DNA of 64,000 nucleotides, from NCBI RefSeq assembly GCF_009914755.1, contig NC_060945.1, one strand, 5' to 3'. Below the pieces are notes generated by a model, which ran no database searches, was not told the origin of the DNA, and worked only from the letters and a program-made list of their open reading frames with translations. Within the stretch, counting starts at the first letter, position 1. Every line of letters starts with the position of its first letter. Position numbers and translations under genes: made by a program. The stretch is from the human T2T-CHM13v2.0 reference genome, Homo sapiens. Below, in pieces: positions 56,165 to 64,000 of this stretch.

Positions 56165-56555
56165 TGCAGAGGTGTTTTGGGGAGTGGTCCACCTGCCAGG
56201 CACGACATTTACCAGCTCCCAGTGAAACAGTAATTACATGTTGGGGAGTGGATGGAAGAATAGTGTGTGTCACTGAGGGGCTAAAATGGTGACTGCAATC
56301 TCCCAAGGGTTCTTTTGGTTCTTGTCAAACTTCTGGCAGCAGTGAATATCGGAGAGGAATCTGAGGACCTGCGCCATGTAGAGCCATTACGTACAAATAA
56401 CATGAATCTCGGAGTCACCTCTTAGTGGAAAGTTGTCCAGGGAGATCACCTTACCAAAAATATTAACATTTTATTTATTATGACAAAGAAAAGCGTGCCG
56501 TGTTAATGCACCTGAAAGTTGGGGATTATTTGTTGCATTAGCTAATACTAATTAT
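56165..56555 (+). mobile_element. Old MLT1 (H/J-like) LTR
   Basis: ttcccag-like start, gccatgt..gagcca, ctgaaagttggggattatttgtt 3' motif. Confidence 0.5.
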
Positions 56556-56799
56556 TCTGTCTAAAATGGTAGCTGGTGTTAATCAAAATAGAGAATGGGG
56601 AAAAAAAAGAAAGGGAACCAAAAAAAAAATAGTCAGCAACGAGTCCAAACAAAGTCAGTGTTAACATATATAGGTATATATTAAATAAATATATATGGCA
56701 TATATACTTAATGTCCATTAAAATGTATATAATAAAGTGTAGAGATCTCATTTGCAGCTTAACTAATTTTTACATATGTGTATACCTGTCTTCTGCATG

Positions 56800-57920
56800 C
56801 AGCCTGTTGGTAAAATCATTCAAGGGGTTTGATTTTTTTATCAGATATTGTATTTTACTGTTTTATAATGACGTTTGGTTCTGTTTTTAAAGATTCCCAT
56901 TTCCGGTTGTAATTCTTGTCTTTTCATTCACTTGTCTGTCATTTATATTATTGAATATATAGAACATATTAAGAAATTTTTATTATATTTCCTTCACTAT
57001 TTTGATTATTGTTCTGCTTCTATTTGTAATTGGTTACCTTTCACTTCCCTTTTTGAATGTCTGGTTATTTTTAAAAGAACTATAGAGGCTCCAGAAAGTG
57101 TTTTTTTTGTTTTTTTGTTTTGGTTTTTGTTTGTTTGTTTTTTTCAAAGAGGGCTTTCCTTTTCCCATGTAGAGAGACAGGATAAATAACTGATAAGACA
57201 AATAAGACAAGAAATGCATTTGTTGTCCCTGGGCTGCAAATTTCATAAGACTCAATCTAACACTGGTCGGTTTTTGTTCTTGGGGCATATTCTTGGAAAA
57301 TCTCAAGCTTTGGGTTGAAAGCCTATTATGTTTTTTCCTCAACTTTGAAAGCCTGGGAAATCCTGATCTACAGAAGTTACCAGTTTCACTCACCCATCTC
57401 TTGCTCCTGAGGCGTCTAAAGATGGCAGACGCCTCAAAGACAAAATGAACTGTATTTGGAAGCAAACCCCATTTCTCTAAGGGAAATTGCCCTAAGTACT
57501 ACAAGATTATAGGAGCTTACTATTCAGCTTACTAGCTCCCCAGTCACCTGCAGGCAGGTCAAGATTCAGAATCTGCCCACTGGAGAAAACTGGCTATATT
57601 CGAGTATTCTCAAGTTTCCTGTTTCCCCTTTCCCCTATCAGCCCTGAACCAATTTCAAAACATTGACAATTTTTTTTTTTACCTTTGAGTTCCTCTGCAT
57701 AAATCATTCCTCACCCAGAGCCAAGCCCAAATGTGGTTCCAGAGCAAAATCAGCATTTGCCACCAAGAAAAATAATAGCCACTGATAGGGTAGTTAGCTC
57801 ACCAAAGAAGAGTTTCCTGTCTTGAAATTTCAATTCTATTTTACTTTTGCTTCCATTGCTCTTTAGTTTCTTTAAAATGATAATTTTTATAATACTTTGA
57901 GCTTTTTGTAATTGTTACAA
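56800..57920 (-). mobile_element. Very old L1 5'/ORF1 fragments
   Basis: tttatcagatattgtatttt..tttggttc..ttttaaagattcccatttc resembles antisense L1ME ORF1. Confidence 0.4.
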
Positions 57921-58164
57921 TTGAACTGTTAAGATCATAACGTTTACATGTAATTTATACACAAACACAAATATATGAATTAAGTGTTTAAATGTGTTTT
58001 AGCAATCATATGTATACAATAAAATAGAAGCAGGAGGCCTCCATAGAAGCAGGGAGACACAACAGAAGCTATATATATATGTATACATATACTTCCACAT
58101 TAAAGTACATACCTTTTCAAAAGGGAGAGCTGGTCTTTTAAATTATTAATACATTTATGGAGAT

Positions 58165-58800
58165 CCTGTAACATTTCCAGTGGCTTCCTTGCACATTTAA
58201 ATAGATCAAAAATTCTTCCTAGGGGTTAAAATATTATATCATCTGATTACAAACTGATATTCTGATTTTATAATTTCTAAAAGTTGGAGCACAACTTTTG
58301 GAAATTACCTATTCATTAAAAAGAAGTTTCTGTCTTCAGATTTTCCTATCATAGGGTCTACCACCCGATCTAATGCTGCAATGTCCCTATCTCTCTCCTG
58401 CCACTTTTACACTTACCTCACATACATTGACCATTTTCTTATCCTTGAAAATGTCAAGCTTATTTTCATCCCAGTTCTTGATCAGTCTCACATAACTATT
58501 TGTCTAGGATTATTGAAGTGGCAAGTTACTCCACATTATTTAAAAACCAAATGAAATGCCACATCCACAGAGAAGCTCTCCCTGAACACCTTCCTTAAAT
58601 TAGCCTCTTCTCATCATGCTCAACTATAACACTATTTCACTTCCTTTATAGTATTCATTCCTATCTGAGGCTCACTCACTTATTTATCCATTCACCATTG
58701 CATACTTTCCAACATAAGAAACGTTACAATAAAGTTTCTTGCATCTTTTTCTTTGCCATTTATCAAATTATTTCTAGAGCATGTATTTGCCACACATCAA
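58165..58800 (+). mobile_element. L2 fragment
   Basis: ttccagtggcttcc..aaatgccacatccacagagaagctctccctgaacacc. Confidence 0.7.
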
Positions 58801-58899
58801 CTTGTATATTAAAGTCTATGCTGCATTTTTTCTTTCACTCATTTTGCTATCCTTTCAGAGAAAGATTTTACTAACGTGTGTCTATACCAACAGTATGTG

Positions 58900-59305
58900 T
58901 GCTACAGTTTGAATGCTTGTGTTCCTCCAAAATTCATTTTGAAACAGAATCTCTAATGCAGTAGTATTAACAGGTGGGGCTTTTTAGGAGGTTATCAAGT
59001 CATGAGTGCTCTTCTCTCTGAATGCGATTAATGCCCTTATTGAAGAAAGAGGCTTCACACCGTGTTCAGCCCTGTAGCCCTTTTGTCCCTGCCACCATGT
59101 GAGGACACAGGGTTCCTCCCCTCTGGAGGATGCAGCAACAAGGAACCATCTTGGAAGCAGAGAACAGCCTTCACTAGACACTGAACGTGCAGGTGTCTTG
59201 GTCTTAGACTTTCCAGCCTCCAGAACTGTGAGAAATAAATTTCTATTGCATATAAATTATTCAGTCTGTGGCAATTTGTTACAGCAGCACGAACGGGCTA
59301 AGAAA
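58900..59305 (+). mobile_element. MSTD-like MaLR solo LTR
   Basis: gtttgaatgcttgtgttcctccaaaattc..ccatgtgaggacacag..cccctctggaggatgcagcaacaagg..ccagcctccagaactgtgagaaataaatt. Confidence 0.9.
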
Positions 59306-61949
59306 TATGAATGTTCAGTAAACTAACTAAATATAATACAATGAAAATAATACAAAAATATGTACTATTTTTATAAAATGTCTTGATCTTTAGTATTTCA
59401 TAATTGAATATTTTTTGATATTTATATAAATACAAACAAATTTGAATTTGTCTGATTTCACAATTTTTTATATCACTCAACATTTTTCAATGTAGTATAG
59501 AATATTTTACATATGTACACAGATCTATATTTACACATCCCAGACTCACATTCAAAATGCATTCTATGTTGAGCAAATTATTCAAATTCAAACCCATACA
59601 TAGAGGTAATATTGGCTAAAATAAAAATAATTTTGTAGTTTCAAAATACTTCTGAAATAAATTTAATTCAATAACAGAAATGAATCATTATTTCCTTAGC
59701 TTGATTAAAGAGGTATCAAAGAGCTTATTTCATTTTAATTCCAGAAAATTTAGTGATTACTGAGGAATGTTCTTGACATATGCAGTTTTTATACAAATGT
59801 TGACTTATGAGTGGCATATTTAATATTTTGGCCTCTCTTTATTACTTCTCATCATTATGATTTTGAAAAATTCCCTAATGGGGCATAAATTTGCTAGTGT
59901 CTGTCAATACGAAAAACAGTCATTAAACAATAACAAAGGCCATGACTTTCCCTCTTCTCAACTATCATATCTCCTAAACAGAAATTTGATGCAGCTGATA
60001 TATTTGTATTAATAACATCTGCTGCTTTCATCATTAAATTCTACCCACTGGTTAATGCCTGGAGCTGCAAAATTATGAGAATTAGCTGAAGGAGTCTCAA
60101 ATTAAAGAATAAAATGAAAACTTTGAAAACATGTATTGCCACCTATAATACTTCATAGTGGGCAAAATAACAGCCTCCAACCATACATGGAATGCATCAC
60201 ACTTCTTAATAGTGGTGGAAATTTAAATAAATGAAAATTATTGGAGAAAAGTTCAGTTTATATTGTTGGGTTAAGACTAGAGAATAAAAAAATAAGCTTC
60301 AGAAATGTGATGAAGTTAATTCAATGTCTGAATCCAAGATAGAAAGCCTCATTTCTGAGAAACTGTATATCTGACTATGTGTAATATTAGGTCGTTTGTA
60401 ATTAAGGAATATTTAAAGTAAATTTAAACATTAAATGCAGGTAACAATCTAACATATACATCATAAATATGAAAATGATTCTTTAGGCCTGTTTAACATT
60501 ATAATGTAAAGATTACAGAAAAATGAATATACTAGGAGGGATATAAGTAGGTACCCATAAAGATTATATTCCAGGGATATCTTTGGTTTTAAAGTCCCTT
60601 TGTACTATAAAGTAACAAAATAAAAAAAACTATATCTTCTCCCTCATGTCAGTCACTGAGGACATTCTTGCTGACTTTATTTGTTCACTTTAGGATTTTC
60701 CTTGAAATCAGGTTGTGTTGTACATGATTGCCATAAATTGATCATAATCACTCCTGCATTATCTAATGTGGGTCTACGTACATAAGATAAGAATCTACCT
60801 CTAGGTTTTGGAAACTTGGTTGGGAGAATTTCTATGTAAAATTCCTTTGTTTACATGCCTGGCTAATTCTTTGCTTTGTTCTCATCTAGAGATTGCTAGA
60901 TTCTTTTGTTCACTTAGACTATGATCTTCATTTTCAGAATTCATAATGCCATTCAGTTGATCCGTGCATTCCCTTCCCAACATTATATTTTAGCAGCATG
61001 CTCCATGACACTTCAACGCTCTCAATGTTTTGGTTAAGTGGCTTGTAGCTCCTTGTCATAATAATTTGAAACATTTGCCTTCATTTGGAAACATTTTTAA
61101 TAAATATATAACAAATCATAGATTATTTTTTAGAACTTTGAAAATTACTAAAATAGTAAATCTCCAATTTTCCAACTGTAAATTAAATTATTTTGTGATA
61201 TACAGCTTCATTATAATACACTACATATTTTAAAAATCTGTCTCATTATAAAAGTGTCAATTTCCAATGATGCTGTTGATTAAAGAAATTTAACATTTTA
61301 TCTGAATACTACAGGATTTAAATTGTTTGCTAATATATATAGGGTTCATAGAGTGTTAAGACATATAATGATTCATCAAGCAAAAATTAATTCAGGATCT
61401 AAAATCAATGGCAGGCTTAATGCTTTTTAAAATAGATAACACTGTTTTAATTAAAAATGTCAGCAATGTAATTACTCCTTAAGCAAAAGGCCACAGAGGG
61501 GAAAATTGAATAATACTTAAGTTGAGCATATGAAAAAATTAATTTGTGTTAAAAAGTAGCAATTAGACATTTCCTTGGCAGCATGAGAGATCATAATCTC
61601 AAGTCTTGTGCTCATTTGCAAAATATAACTTATTAGATTTAGTTTAAAGAAAAATAGTATATTTTTAAAACTGTAGAAAATAGCAGTGGTTACAAAATCC
61701 AAAAATTCATCTTATCTTAAAATATTTCTGGGATATTTCAGATTTCATTTGACCCTTTAAATCTTTTGCTTCTTCTTTCCTGTAGTAAGTCAGGACTAAA
61801 ATTTCAGTCACACTAAAATTTTAACATTTCTACATTATTTTGAATTTCTTAGTTAATTGCCAAAATATGTACTTCTTGATATCTGAAAAAACCGATCACT
61901 TAAGATTGGTCAGTTTGGGAGTGGATGTGTAGTTTGTTTACAGGGATCT

Positions 61950-62420
61950 TGAAGAGGCTCAATTTGAAATTCTGAGGAATGCCAGCAATGAGAAGACAGT
62001 CAGAGAAAGAGGATTCAGTGAAGACACTTGAGAAAGAATGTTCAGAAAATTAGGAGTAAAAACCTTGATGTCTTGGAAATATAAATAAAAAGAAAAGATA
62101 ATCACATTGTAAGAAGACATGCCAAAGGTATAAAATGCTTCAGAGAGATTAAGAATTAAAATATACCCATTTGATTGAGCAATCAGTAGGTTTATGGGGG
62201 TCACATTTATGAGTCATCTAGTGAAAAGGTAAAAGTAAATGCCTAAATGAAATAAGTGAAAAAAGCTGATGAGGTGATGAACTGGATTATAAATTGTGGT
62301 TTGGAAAACCTCATTTGGATAGATTAGCCACATGAATGTAAGCAAGGAAGCAGAGAAGTAAGTCCTGGAGAAGGAGGGGTATACGATTGGGTGATTTTAT
62401 GCTTCATGTCATCTATAATT
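61950..62420 (-). mobile_element. L2 fragment
   Basis: aaatgcttcagagagattaag..ccatttgattgagcaa..ggtttatgggggtcac. Confidence 0.55.
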
Positions 62421-62999
62421 TATCTGTTCAGAAGCAAGTATGATTCCTGATAGAGAGAAAATATGAGTGGTAGGAGATACCTGTCTGGGAAAAGAGGCAT
62501 GTAAGATGGCTGGATTAAAGCTTTGAGATCATTTACCTTGAGTAAAATTATGAATTAAAATAAATTACACAGAGCTTATAATTTTCAAGAATAACGGATC
62601 GAAAAAAAAAAAGCAACAGGCATGTCCAGGTGCTTATCTGACACATTTCTCTGTATCAAAATCTACTTGCATACTAAATTATATAGCTCTTTAAATAAAG
62701 AGTTAAAGCCATCACTCAGCTATGCCGAGAACCTCAGAAGTACTAGGGCTTGGCTTCTGAGAGTGGTTAGAGCCCAAGTCATAATGAGGAGGCACCAGTT
62801 TAACATTTGCTTAAGGAGGAGGCAGTGCATTTGGTCTCAGATATTTGCACGTGGTACTGGATGACCAGTAAAGGGATGTTATAACTGGTGGTTCTTTGAC
62901 TACAGAAGACCATCTATTCATTCTCATTAAGGGGTGGCAGGTGTGTTTTAATGAATGTCTGCAGCAAGATAGACTGATGATATCACTGGGAGTTGGGCA

Positions 63000-63120
63000 G
63001 AGAATCAAGACAGTGAGATTTAAAGCACAAGAAGGATTCACTATGCCATCAATGGCTTGACAATGGAGGCTATGAACATGATATGAAATGTAGACGAAGT
63101 CTAGAAATTGAGGAGATGGC
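63000..63120 (+). mobile_element. MLT1E-like LTR fragment
   Basis: gagatttaaagcacaagaaggattcac..ggcttga..atggagg..tctagaaattgag. Confidence 0.5.
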
Positions 63121-64000
63121 TACTTTTGTGGCTTATATTTACACTGGCTGCATTAGTAACTATTTTAGAAGGTCTATGTGTCCTACTAAGTGCTATTGTT
63201 CTTCACACATTGTGTAAGAAAAATTAAATCTTCATGAGAAAATTGGAAATGTATTAAGTTGTCAAGAGTCACAATGTTGGTCCTTCAGGCTTCAAAAGAA
63301 CAGGAGATATAGACCTTGAGCAAAATATCTCACAAACCAGTTGATCAAGTTTGATGTTTGTTGAAACCTTTGTGGTCACTGTGACTTTGATAATCTTTGT
63401 GGTGAGACCTTCCCATGGACACAGACATTTATAAAACAATATGCTCTATAACTGGAGCATTTCCAGTATCCTGTTTTAAAGTCCTGGGTATTGTTATTAA
63501 ATTGCTTTTTGTTTGAAAGACTGTGCTGGAATTCCTTTGCTTGAATTCTTCTTCTAAGCTTTATAGTCTGTGTAAGCACACAGATTAATTCTCTATTACG
63601 GCCCTGGATATATGCAATGCATCTATGGTGATTCTATTATATTTATGTATTTTTATACCACCAGTTTTAACTAGTTCTCTTCTTCTACTTAAAGAGTGAC
63701 GAAATATGCCTGCTGATTGATGATAGTTTGAGTGTCTACAATTTTGTGGGAAAAAATATCTGTAATATTTTTGGGCTTTTAAAGGTGTCAGTTTTCATCT
63801 ACCAAGTCAGCCTCTGTCTTTTCCAAAGATGAGAAAGCAATGAATGATGAACTCTCTAATAAGCATGCAATTCTTAATAATAATGAAGAAAATTTAACCC
63901 AGGTAATTACATAGCAAACAGTAGAAAACCCCCTAGAGAAATGAAAATCCAATGCCTTTATGAAGAAAAATATGTAAAACTTAATCTGTAATTTTGCAAC

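Noticed and set aside
57034-57465. Longest ORF in the track (143 aa, minus strand)
   Set aside because: Low-complexity K/N tail from a T-rich tract, lies in probable old L1 sequence, no recognisable domain
59900-61700. Repeat-poor stretch with homeobox-like TAAT motifs, a possible conserved enhancer
   Set aside because: Cannot be distinguished from AT-rich background without conservation or chromatin data

Overview
AT-rich, gene-poor primate (very probably human) genomic DNA, either intergenic or deep intronic. I find no credible protein-coding gene, no CpG island, no RNA gene and no CRISPR array. Almost all listed ORFs are Alu, L1 or LTR read-throughs. The window is a layered transposon landscape. 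It holds about 14 Alus (AluJ/S/Y), several old L1s (including a ~5.4 kb L1MC1-like copy carrying nested insertions), L2/MIR relics, and many solo LTRs (MLT1, MST, THE1D, MLT2A2, MLT2D, MER39-, MER54- and LTR33-like). It also has a ~6.8 kb MER57-type ERV1 provirus with PBS, PPT and pol/env relics, and DNA transposons (MER6A, MER53, a Ricksha MULE with TIRs, TSD and a transposase relic, and a Zaphod-like hAT). One processed pseudogene of RPL37 is present. The most unusual signals are short unique sequences copied from kilobases away into L1 bodies: 154 bp at 12083 from 13753, and 37 bp at 29694 from 35744 at a complex junction. These look like fossil templated-insertion repair scars. There is also an unexplained 24-bp direct repeat pair at 7893/8621. 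I see no evidence for a new biological system. Repeat subfamily names come from recalled consensus sequences, not a database search, and boundaries without TSDs are approximate.
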